Below, piece by piece: positions 1-7,296 of a DNA stretch of 21,531 nucleotides. The translations under genes were made by a program, and so were the position numbers. How positions within the stretch are numbered: position 1 is the first letter of the stretch; every line of letters begins with the position of its first letter. The notes beneath the pieces were generated by a model. The model worked only from the letters and a program-made list of their open reading frames with translations, was not told the DNA's origin and did not search any database. This DNA is from Thermoproteota archaeon. Its GTDB lineage: Archaea > Korarchaeota > Korarchaeia > Korarchaeales > Korarchaeaceae. The stretch lies in the NCBI GenBank assembly GCA_027491435.1, contig JAOZFG010000015.1, positions 1-21,531 of the forward strand, in the 5' to 3' direction.

Positions 1-205
1 CAGCCATGATCTCGCTCATCCTAGCTCCAAACCTGTGTACCCACTTTCTTACCGCCTCATGGCTCCTCCTGATGCCTAGCAAGGCTAAAGCCTCGCTGAC
101 ACGCCTCAAGCTCAGGCCCGAAAAGTATAAGAACAGGGCGTAGGCTACTACCAACAGGGGGGTCCGCTCTCTAGCGGAGTTGAATTGGTTCTTTTTCATA
201 TCCAT
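1..205 (-). CDS. IS6-family transposase, N-terminal 68 aa, truncated by the window edge
   Basis: Manual translation MDMKKNQFNSARERTPLLVVAYALFLYFSGLSLRRVSEALALLGIRRSHEAVRKWVHRFG... shows the IS6 HTH pattern (Y..GLS.R.V...L....SH..V..WV.RF). Not in the ORF track. Confidence 0.85.
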   Translation of the reverse strand, partial: MDMKKNQFNSARERTPLLVVAYALFLYFSGLSLRRVSEALALLGIRRSHEAVRKWVHRFGARMSEIMA

Positions 206-237
206 ATGACATCAGCAACCCTGCTTATAACCATAGC

Positions 238-254
238 CTTAAGTTGACAGCACC
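238..254 (-). repeat. IS6 left terminal inverted repeat (IRL)
   Basis: CTTAAGTTGACAGCACC on the plus strand reads GGTGCTGTCAACTTAAG on the minus strand. The partner repeat lies outside the window. Confidence 0.75.
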
Positions 255-279
255 CTTCATAGGAGGTGATCTCATTTAA

Positions 280-721
280 TAATGTCCCATCCTTATTTAT
301 AGAACCCGCGGACTTGGGAGTATTTAATATCAAAATAATAAACTATGGCGGAGAACCAATAATTATTCTCTATATGCGACTCTAATTCCGATCAGGCGAC
401 TATAATATATTTTCTCATCCCAAGAGATCTTTAGGGAAAGATTGGGATTACAAATAAGGTTCTTAGCAGCCGTACGAAGCTACTTGAACTTAATCGATCC
501 TCAATATGCGTCAATATCATGCATGAGAGGGCCCCACTGGATAGAACTTCTGGGGAGGATATGGTATCGACTATTTAGATAAAGATTAAGTGTTATGGAG
601 AGTAATGAGGAATTCGAGGAATTCCTGGAGTGGAAAGAGATGGGAGCATCTGAAAGAATGTGCTTGGAAATTAGTCTATCCTGTGCTCGAAAAACACAAT
701 GTTCTCCATAAGCCTCCCTAA
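280..721 (+). pseudogene. Possible degraded gene remnant beside the IS6 end
   Basis: AT-rich tract with short protein-like frames (NVPSLFIEPADLGVFNIKIINYGGEPIIILY; IRFLAAVRSYLNLIDP; EEFEEFLE; RWEHLKECAWKLVYPVLEKH) broken by stops and frame changes. Family not recognised. Confidence 0.25.
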
Positions 722-836
722 ATCCTCGGACACCTTGTGAGCGAACACCCTTACTATCCCGCTGTCGACACGTTGACATGATGAGCACGCCGAGTGGAGA
801 TGTCTTCTTCAGGGGACCGATGCTAGCAATAACCTA

Positions 837-879
837 TTTATAGTACTACCTGAGGTGATACTTGGTATAACCAATGGTA
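837..879 (+). promoter_or_regulatory. vapBC promoter: TATA box plus three tandem 11-bp imperfect palindromes (putative autoregulatory operator)
   Basis: TTTATA at 837-842, then TACCtgaGGTG (847-857), ATACttgGTAT (858-868) and AACCaatGGTA (869-879). Confidence 0.55.
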
Positions 880-1128
880 AGACTTAAGGTGAAGATCGGA
901 CCGAAGGGTCAGATAATCATTCCCAAGATACTCAGGAAGAAGTATGGAATAAAGGAGAATGATCAGGTCTTCCTGGAGATTAGAGAGGATGAGATAGCCA
1001 TTAGAGGACCAAGAAGCATCGAGGAAACCTTGGAATGGATAAGGGAGAGGAGAAAGATTGTAGGGGGGAGAGAAGCCAGACTAGGCGATTTGGCCGAAGT
1101 AGATCTCGAGGAGGAGTTTGAGGATTGA
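874..1128 (+). CDS. vapB: AbrB/MazE/SpoVT-family antitoxin (VapB)
   Basis: KIGPKGQIIIPKILRKKYGIKEND swapped-hairpin signature and acidic C-terminal tail. Overlaps the PIN toxin gene by 4 nt. Confidence 0.9.
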   Translation: MVRLKVKIGPKGQIIIPKILRKKYGIKENDQVFLEIREDEIAIRGPRSIEETLEWIRERRKIVGGREARLGDLAEVDLEEEFED

Positions 1129-1526
1129 AGGTGCTGATCGATGCAAGCCTCCTAATTTACCTCAATGTGAGGATGATGGATGAGGAGGCCAGGATCGTTG
1201 AGGGGTTTTGGGAGAGGTTGCTCAGAAATCATGAGCTCTTCACCAATCTGCTAGTGCTGGATGAGACCATATACATATCGAAGAAAAAGTACGGCGTAGC
1301 TTTCAGTGATACCTTGGAGTTCATCGATAAGGCGGTGCTTCCTCACGTGGAGGTGCTCACGCTGGGATTAGAGACTTATCTTGAGGCCAAGAAGTACATG
1401 ATTAAGTACGACCTGAATCCCTCCGACTCGATCCATGCAGCAACTGCGGAAGTATTTGGGCTTCAAGCAATAGCGAGCGAGGACAGGGATTTCGATAAGA
1501 TAGGTATTAAGAGGCTCTGGTTATGA
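1125..1526 (+). CDS. vapC: PIN-domain toxin (VapC)
   Basis: PIN acidic residues in VLIDAS, VLDE, PSDSIH and SEDRDFD. TTG start coupled to the antitoxin stop. Confidence 0.92.
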   Translation: MKVLIDASLLIYLNVRMMDEEARIVEGFWERLLRNHELFTNLLVLDETIYISKKKYGVAFSDTLEFIDKAVLPHVEVLTLGLETYLEAKKYMIKYDLNPSDSIHAATAEVFGLQAIASEDRDFDKIGIKRLWL

Positions 1527-1798
1527 AATAACCATGTAAGAGGTGCTCTTTTCGCGAGTACGGACTTCTCTCTTTATCACGGTCAAAGCATCTGGTCCCG
1601 CGATAGGATGATCTTGACCCTCGAGTTCGATTTCAAGACGTCTGAGAGGTATGGACTCAGTGGAGTTCATTAGGAATGAGAGCCTCATAGGAGGATTTCT
1701 CGAGGGCGGAAACCTACTTCTCTGGAGTAGCTATGCAGGTCTCCTGCTCCGGATCGTTCATCAGGAGGCGGAGGAACCTTAGCGAAGTGGAATCTATG

Positions 1799-2203
1799 TC
1801 AGTCAGCAGCGAACTCCGGAACCCACCCTCTCCAGTCCTTCCTGACCTTCCTTGCCTTTATCTCTTCCTCCACTTTTTCCTTAACCTCCTCGTATATGCC
1901 GAGCCCGTCGTGTAGGACTATACCTTCCGTTATAGCGTCGACGAGCACGGTGTTAAATCTCCTCACCTCCAACTCCAAATCTCTAACGTCTATAACGAAG
2001 AGTTGCACGAATGGCGGCTTTTCAACGTTTAAGGGACCATCCGTTATGGCTAAGAGGTCGTAGTCGCTAAGAGGAGTGGCTTCTCCCCTGGCCCTGGACC
2101 CGAAGAGTATCAGGGTGGATTTGGGCCTCCTCCTCACCAGCTCCCGGATGAACCACTTGAACGCCTCCTCCTTATCTCTTGACCTCTTAATTATCGCTCT
2201 CAA
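1799..2203 (-). CDS. Minimal nucleotidyltransferase (MNT), partner of HEPN
   Basis: GS-X10-DXD motif (LFGSRARGEATPLSDYDLL). Overlaps the HEPN gene end. Confidence 0.9.
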   Translation of the reverse strand: MRAIIKRSRDKEEAFKWFIRELVRRRPKSTLILFGSRARGEATPLSDYDLLAITDGPLNVEKPPFVQLFVIDVRDLELEVRRFNTVLVDAITEGIVLHDGLGIYEEVKEKVEEEIKARKVRKDWRGWVPEFAAD

Positions 2204-2567
2204 GAGCTTTAACGAAATTCAGGATCACCTCCATACACCTTAACGCTTCCTCCGCCTCCTCCCTAGTGTAATCTTTGAGCCTGGAGTCAGGATACCTAGC
2301 TTGTAGGTAGTGAACTTCTAAGGAGGAGGCGCACCTCATTACCTTCTCATCCCTTGAACCGAACAACTCGAAGAGGATGGAGAGCAGCTCGGTTAGCAGG
2401 TGGGTATAGGGCTTACTCCCCGTCCTCTCTATTATGATGCCCTTCAGGTAGAGCTCCACCGCCTGATGAGCTGAAAACGATGCTACATCGTACCTTCCCT
2501 CCTCAAACTCCGATTCAGCAGCCTTCCTGAATCTCTCAGCCTTAGTTTTCCACATTCTGACGTCCAT
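2187..2567 (-). CDS. HEPN domain protein (COG2250-like)
   Basis: Motifs ASFSAHQAVELYLKG, THLLTEL and YLQARYPD..Y..EEAEEAL. ATG at 2567 preferred over TTG at 2570. Confidence 0.9.
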   Translation of the reverse strand: MDVRMWKTKAERFRKAAESEFEEGRYDVASFSAHQAVELYLKGIIIERTGSKPYTHLLTELLSILFELFGSRDEKVMRCASSLEVHYLQARYPDSRLKDYTREEAEEALRCMEVILNFVKALESDN

Positions 2568-2940
2568 CAATTAAATGCGTGGTGGCTAAGCCTAAAAGCT
2601 TACCATGAGTTGCCGGGATCGTCTTATATCCACGAGCTACAAGCATTAGATGCCTTGACTACCCACCTTGACTTTTTAGTTAAGCACCGTCCTAACGTCT
2701 CTAAAGCGTTCAGGTCCCTAGCAAGTCGAACCTCACGCCTCTCATGACCTCCTCAGGCGAAAGCGATTGTACCGCTACAAAGGGGCTCTGACGGTCCATA
2801 GGAAACTGTCTTATCTTGTAACGGGAGAAGGTTGCTAGGATGGCTTACCCCCTGAGGCCCACAACTCCTCAGGCTTCACCGCGCTTCTCAGGGATCCCCT
2901 CACACATTAACATATATGAAATCGTTTAACAAAAGTAAAG

Positions 2941-2965
2941 ATTATATTAGGTTAGCCTAATCTAA
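2941..2965 (+). promoter_or_regulatory. TATA box overlapped by a DtxR/IdeR-type metal-responsive operator
   Basis: Purine-rich BRE-like tract and ATTATATT (2941-2948), then TTAGGTTAGCCTAATCTAA (2947-2965), an 18/19 match to the DtxR consensus TTAGGTTAGCCTAACCTAA. GGTGA SD just before ATG 2979. Confidence 0.75.
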
Positions 2966-2978
2966 CATCGGTGATAGC

Positions 2979-3584
2979 ATGCCCCTGACGACCTTCGAAG
3001 AGGAGATATACCTGAGGGCCCTGACCGGCAGGTTGGTTGGCAAGGCCCTAGCTGACCTAGGCCTCAACAAGGTAGCGGTGGTAGCCTCCAAGAACATCAT
3101 ATGCTCAAGCATAGCTACTGCCACGGAGGCCACCTTCCTCACCTTAAGCGGAGGGGTTACCTACCACTTCCTGGTGGAACCTGGCAATGAGGAGGAAATA
3201 GCAAAGAGGTTAAAGGAGTTCTCCGCCCAGACCGTTCTACTCCAGTTCGGTGGCGAGACCCCAATAGAGGAGACCAAGAAGAGCTTCGTTAAGTTGCTCA
3301 AGGCCATGGCCGAGGAGGGAGTGCCCGGTAGCCTAGTGATCCACGTCAGGATCTTTGCAGCCGGCGGGTTAAAGGAAGCGCTAGAGGATGAGAAGGTCAA
3401 AGAGTACCTGGAGTCCAAGGACGTCTTCGTCTACACAGTCGGCTTCGACGAGGGCAAAGTTTACGTGAACAAGGTCAAGGTGCCCAGCCTCGAGCTGGTA
3501 AGGCTAACTGAATATCAGGTGACGCTGGAGCACGCGGACCTGCTCAACAGGAGTTTAAAGGACAGGAAGGTCACGTTCTCCTAA
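2979..3584 (+). CDS. Uncharacterised soluble alpha/beta protein, putatively repressed by Fe/Mn
   Basis: 201-aa ORF with promoter, SD and host-like codon usage. The segment GRLVGKALADLGLNKVAVVAS recalls a periplasmic-binding-protein type I or Rossmann-like lobe. No signal peptide. Confidence 0.85.
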   Translation: MPLTTFEEEIYLRALTGRLVGKALADLGLNKVAVVASKNIICSSIATATEATFLTLSGGVTYHFLVEPGNEEEIAKRLKEFSAQTVLLQFGGETPIEETKKSFVKLLKAMAEEGVPGSLVIHVRIFAAGGLKEALEDEKVKEYLESKDVFVYTVGFDEGKVYVNKVKVPSLELVRLTEYQVTLEHADLLNRSLKDRKVTFS

Positions 3585-3820
3585 TACACCTTTTTTATTA
3601 TCCTCTCCGTCCCGTCCACCTCTTTTACGGAGTAAGACACCTCCACTCGTCCGTCGTACCTCTTTCCCACCTCAAGGGTTATAGGGCCCGACTTTAATTT
3701 CAGGGAGAAGCTTTCAGCTATGGAAGCTATGAACATGAGACATTTCCAGACTTCCGGGTCCATGTTGAAGGAGGAGATTATTTTCTCCACTAACTCGTCC
3801 CTTTTCTCTTGAGATGGCAT
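3581..3820 (-). CDS. Hypothetical protein, 79 aa
   Basis: Protein-like composition, TATA-like TTATA about 20-25 nt upstream (leaderless). Convergent stops overlap the 201-aa gene at CTAA. Confidence 0.7.
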   Translation of the reverse strand: MPSQEKRDELVEKIISSFNMDPEVWKCLMFIASIAESFSLKLKSGPITLEVGKRYDGRVEVSYSVKEVDGTERIIKKVY

Positions 3821-3886
3821 AAGGTGAGCTACCCGCCGCCTATAACTTCTTTATTAAAGAAATGGCTTGAAGGGGTTAGGCGATCG

Positions 3887-4039
3887 CTAATCTTCAATCA
3901 TCCTCTTAACTATAGCCTCTATCACGGGGTTAACCGTAAGCCCGTGCGTCTTGGCGTGCTCCCTTATCAGCACCATTAGCTCCTCCCTTGTCGGAGCTTC
4001 AAGGACCTGTCCACAGGCTAGGCACTTAAACCTCGGCAT
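3887..4039 (-). CDS. DUF1059-like small metal-binding protein, 50 aa (not in the ORF track)
   Basis: Translation MPRFKCLACGQVLEAPTREELMVLIREHAKTHGLTVNPVIEAIVKRMIED, with CxxC and A.T.EEL....EHAK.HG. TTTTTA box 22-28 nt upstream. Confidence 0.85.
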   Translation of the reverse strand: MPRFKCLACGQVLEAPTREELMVLIREHAKTHGLTVNPVIEAIVKRMIED

Positions 4040-4085
4040 ACTATAACTATTGTGAACAGACTAAAAAGGTTAACTCCTTCTGTAG

Positions 4086-4118
4086 GAGCCCCCCTAGGGG
4101 CCGTCCTTGAGGGGGCTC
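4086..4118. repeat. GC-rich inverted repeat between divergent promoters
   Basis: GAGCCCCC(CTAGGGG CCG TCCTTGA)GGGGGCTC: an 8-bp perfect stem, extendable to about 15 bp with G-U pairs and one mismatch. Confidence 0.5.
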
Positions 4119-4210
4119 TCGCCCGTTGTGCGTCAGGTCTTGCGGCCTCCTGATAACTTTTTAAGCAGAGGAGCAGGTCTCTAAGGCCGGCAGGTCTGGG
4201 AGGTAGGGGT

Positions 4211-5014
4211 TTGATCGTTGTTAGGGTGATTTCCGATCTCAGTGGCAACAACGCCGTTCTGCTGGCCCTAATACTATCCACTCTGGCCATGCTGAGCACA
4301 ACCCTGGGCGGGCTGCCTGTACTAATAATGAGGGGGAAGAGGGCCTCGGACAGGAGCTTCTCCCTCCTGGTAGACTTAGGACTCGGGTTTAGTAGCGGCG
4401 TTATGGTGGTGGCCAGTTTCACTAGCCTAATTATACCGGCTATAGAGGAGTTCGGGCTTATTTCACCCCTATTCGGCTTAATTGCTGGAGCGCTATCTGT
4501 GCACTTAGTGAACTCAGTGATACCACACGAGCACCTCATCAAGGGGTATGAGGGCCCCTCCCAAGCTGCCAAGAAGTTGAAAGCCGCGTGGCTGGTGGCC
4601 TTGGCCATAATAATCCACAACCTGCCGGAGGGACTGTCCATAGGGGTAGCTAGCGCATTTGGCTTGAGGGACGCAATAGCCCTGGGATTGGCCATAGCAA
4701 TACAGGACGCCCCCGAGGGCTTAGCGGTCGCCCTGCCCGTGTACGCCACGTCTGGAAGGGTAGCGAGGGCACTGTTCTACGCTTGGCTCAGCGGATTCTC
4801 CGAAGTGGTCTTGGCAGTGATTGCAGCCTCCTTAACTTCTTTATCCGCTCCTCTGCTTCCAGCAGCCATGGGCTTTGGTGCCGGCGCCATGATCTACGTC
4901 GTGAGCCACGAGGCGCTCCCAGAAACCCATAGAAGCGGGCACGAGAATAAGGCCACGCTGTCTTTCTTTACGGGATTCGTGGTAATGCTTATCTTAGATA
5001 CGATGCTTGGCTGA
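4211..5014 (+). CDS. zupT: ZIP-family divalent metal transporter (ZupT/GufA type)
   Basis: Multiple TM helices with the motifs GFSSGVM, PHEH, IHNLPEG, IAIQDAPEGLAV and GAMIYVVSHEALPE. GGAGGT SD before TTG 4211. Confidence 0.92.
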   Translation: MIVVRVISDLSGNNAVLLALILSTLAMLSTTLGGLPVLIMRGKRASDRSFSLLVDLGLGFSSGVMVVASFTSLIIPAIEEFGLISPLFGLIAGALSVHLVNSVIPHEHLIKGYEGPSQAAKKLKAAWLVALAIIIHNLPEGLSIGVASAFGLRDAIALGLAIAIQDAPEGLAVALPVYATSGRVARALFYAWLSGFSEVVLAVIAASLTSLSAPLLPAAMGFGAGAMIYVVSHEALPETHRSGHENKATLSFFTGFVVMLILDTMLG

Positions 5015-5326
5015 ACAAAGGTGGGACTGCGAGGTAGTGATCTAACTACGGAGGAGGCCGCTTAAGGAACTTTAAGCTTTTTAGGGAGCTCTTTTTAGAG
5101 AACCCATTGCAATCACTTTATTTCAAATTGAGTTCACTCTGTAGGGCATCTTTCAAAGAGTAATCGCTCAGGTTACAACTCAAAACCAGCTAACACTGAG
5201 AGCTGAGTCATTTCCCGACCTAGAGGCTGAAAACCCTTCCATGGAGGCCTTGAGTTGAGGCCCGCTGCTAAAGAAAAAGCTAGGATCATTTTTGCGTGAT
5301 ACACGCCCCCAACTTTACAAAATAAT

Positions 5327-5340
5327 TAATAAATTTATTA
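5327..5340. promoter_or_regulatory. 14-bp perfect AT palindrome at the likely promoter of the ABC operon
   Basis: TAATAAATTTATTA equals its own reverse complement and is flanked by AAAAT and ATTTT. Confidence 0.45.
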
Positions 5341-5348
5341 GATTTTGG

Positions 5349-5453
5349 ATGCGAGCTATTCCCTCAGAGGAGTGTGCACTCCCAAGTCCAATTCCCGGCA
5401 AGGTTCCACCAAAACGTATTTCGCCCCTTTGCGGGGCCCAACTTAAGCCCTAA
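5349..5453 (+). CDS. Possible 34-aa Pro-rich, two-Cys upstream peptide
   Basis: MRAIPSEECALPSPIPGKVPPKRISPLCGAQLKP*, starting just downstream of the AT-rich promoter tract and ending 19 nt before the ABC ATPase start. Confidence 0.25.
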   Translation: MRAIPSEECALPSPIPGKVPPKRISPLCGAQLKP

Positions 5454-5472
5454 TTTGAGGGAGATGGGATAA

Positions 5473-6366
5473 ATGCTCTTATCCGTAAAGGACGTGGTTA
5501 AGAGCTTCATAGTTAACGGAAAGGAGGTAAAAGCCCTTAAAGGAGTCTCCTTCGAAGCTGATAGAGGCGAGATCTTGGCGTTGCTCGGCCCCAACGGCTC
5601 GGGCAAGACCACTCTGTTAAGGATAATCTCCGGGATTCTTTTGCCGGATGAGGGGGAAATCCTAGTTGATGGCCACAGGATCTCAAAGAAAATCAAGAAG
5701 GAAATCCTGTTCATAGGGGAGAAGGTCTCCCTATATCCGAAGCTCACCGTCTTGGAGAACGTGGAATTCTGGACTTCTCTAAGCCATAAGAGGTACGACG
5801 CTAAGGAGGCAGCTGATATCCTCGAAAGGATAGACCTACCCAAGGAGAAGTGGAACATGCCGGCTGAGGTCCTTTCTAGGGGCATGGCCCAGAAGACTTT
5901 GCTGGCGACGGCCTTCCTAGTTAGGCCAAAGATTATTCTAATAGATGATGTATTCGCCGGGCTAGACCCTAGATCAGTAAAATCTGTGAAAAATATACTG
6001 AGAGAGTTAAGGGATGAGGGCTCCCTCATACTGATAACTACGCACAGGGTAAGGGACGCTGAGGACATCGCCGACAGAGTTATCATAATGAACAGCGGGG
6101 AAATAGCTTTCATAGGAACGGTTAGCAGCGCCAAGAGCTTAATAAAAGAGGGTTATCCGGTCAAGCTCATACTAGATGGTCCACCTGAGGACATGTTCAG
6201 AGACTTAAACGCCTCAGTTAAGGTCACTGAAAGGGGATATGAAGTCAGGCTTCTGGCCGAGTCTCCAGCTCAAATATCCAAGCTCTTAGAGGAGGTGTCC
6301 TCTTCTGGCCTGCGCTTAGTGAGCATGGAGGTGCTAGAACCATCTGTTGAAGCTTTACTGGGGTGA
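5473..6366 (+). CDS. ABC exporter ATP-binding subunit (ABC-2/DrrA-like)
   Basis: Walker A GPNGSGKTT, signature LSRGM, Walker B IILIDD (D replacing the usual E), H-loop TTH and a C-terminal accessory domain. Confidence 0.92.
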   Translation: MLLSVKDVVKSFIVNGKEVKALKGVSFEADRGEILALLGPNGSGKTTLLRIISGILLPDEGEILVDGHRISKKIKKEILFIGEKVSLYPKLTVLENVEFWTSLSHKRYDAKEAADILERIDLPKEKWNMPAEVLSRGMAQKTLLATAFLVRPKIILIDDVFAGLDPRSVKSVKNILRELRDEGSLILITTHRVRDAEDIADRVIIMNSGEIAFIGTVSSAKSLIKEGYPVKLILDGPPEDMFRDLNASVKVTERGYEVRLLAESPAQISKLLEEVSSSGLRLVSMEVLEPSVEALLG

Positions 6367-6370
6367 TTTA

Positions 6371-7147
6371 ATGTTCCTGACCGTGATCAGGTTAGTGCTA
6401 GCCGAGAGCAGGAGGCATGGGGCCTCCAGCGTTCTCGGCCTTGTATCTGTCTTGGTGCTCCTCCTTCAGTTTAAGCTTATAGCCATGGGACTGCTGGGCC
6501 CAGAGAGCGCCGGCGTTGGGGAGTACCTGAGCTTCGTATCCACCGGCTTCGCTGTGTGGTTCCTTTTCTTCGCTCTCACAGGATCCATGCTCACTAGGCT
6601 CATGGACGAGCTCAAGATGGGTACCTTCGAGAGGATAATCGCCTCGCCAACCGACGAATCCCTCTACTTCTTGGCCGTGTCCACAGCTTACTCTTTAGTG
6701 GCCCTGCTGCTAACAACAATAATATTGGCCAGCTCGACGCTCTTCGGGGCAACCTACAGGTTGAACATCACTTCCACCGTCGCGGTCCTCTTAGCCTCCC
6801 TAACTTCCTTCTACGGGATTGGTCTCATGATGCTGGCGTTGGCCATAACTTCAAAGCAGGCTACCCAAATATTGGCTCTGGTGCAGGCGATACTGCTGGT
6901 CCTTTCTGGCATATACTACCCGGTTGGAGTGCTGCCGACCTACCTTAAGGTGGTAGCTCAAGCCATCCCCCTGACCTGGAGCATTCAGGGGTTTAGGGAG
7001 GCCCTGAGCGGAACTCCCCTTGAAGAGCTCACCTTAACTTTGACGGTTCTAGCGGCGATGGGCTTCATCTACTTAATAGCAGGGCTCATCTCCTTCAGAA
7101 AGGCTTTAAACAGGGAGAGGATAAGGGGCACGGTGCTTTTCTGGTGA
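6371..7147 (+). CDS. ABC-2 type membrane permease
   Basis: About 6 TM helices with the motifs ELKMGTFERIIASP, LSGIYYPVGVLP and PLTWSIQGFREAL. Start revised to ATG 6371, downstream of a GGGTGA SD. Confidence 0.9.
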   Translation: MFLTVIRLVLAESRRHGASSVLGLVSVLVLLLQFKLIAMGLLGPESAGVGEYLSFVSTGFAVWFLFFALTGSMLTRLMDELKMGTFERIIASPTDESLYFLAVSTAYSLVALLLTTIILASSTLFGATYRLNITSTVAVLLASLTSFYGIGLMMLALAITSKQATQILALVQAILLVLSGIYYPVGVLPTYLKVVAQAIPLTWSIQGFREALSGTPLEELTLTLTVLAAMGFIYLIAGLISFRKALNRERIRGTVLFW

Positions 7148-7296
7148 TATGAGGTCCTCCTCTAGTGCCCAGGAGAAGTATTAAAGTTTCTTGTCGTTAA
7201 ATCGTTAATCATCTAATTTTTATCACAGAACATAATAGTTGATCACTTATCGTCCTCATCAATTCACAGCCACAACGCTCCTTTAGTTGAATTTGG

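Larger units (their letters stand above)
1..254 (-). mobile_element. Left end of an IS6-family insertion sequence, continuing beyond the window start
   Basis: Terminal inverted repeat GGTGCTGTCAACTTAAG (minus strand, 254-238), similar to IS6-family GG..CTGT ends. It is followed by a TTATAA box (225-230) and a transposase N-terminus. Confidence 0.85.

Noticed and set aside
501-788. 95-aa minus-strand ORF
   Set aside because: Ser-rich, atypical composition. The purine bias favours a decayed plus-strand gene instead.
779-853. ATGATGA (C box-like) with downstream CCGA/CTGA as a possible C/D box sRNA
   Set aside because: No convincing D'/C' boxes or guide spacing, and it overlaps the vapBC promoter.
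1618-1660. GTTCGATT resembling a tRNA T-loop or a solitary CRISPR repeat
   Set aside because: No T-stem pairing or cloverleaf, single copy, and no spacers or cas genes.
2581-2604. TTTTAGGCTTAGCC (minus strand) as a second DtxR-like box at the HEPN promoter
   Set aside because: Only a partial, gapped match without the 19-bp symmetry.
4075-4120. Minus-strand hairpin followed by ACA as an H/ACA guide RNA
   Set aside because: Too short, with no pseudouridylation pocket or K-turn. Kept only as an unexplained inverted repeat.
4018-4749. 243-aa minus-strand ORF
   Set aside because: Antisense shadow of the ZIP transporter, with no motifs.
5364-6134. 256-aa minus-strand ORF
   Set aside because: Antisense shadow of the ABC ATPase.
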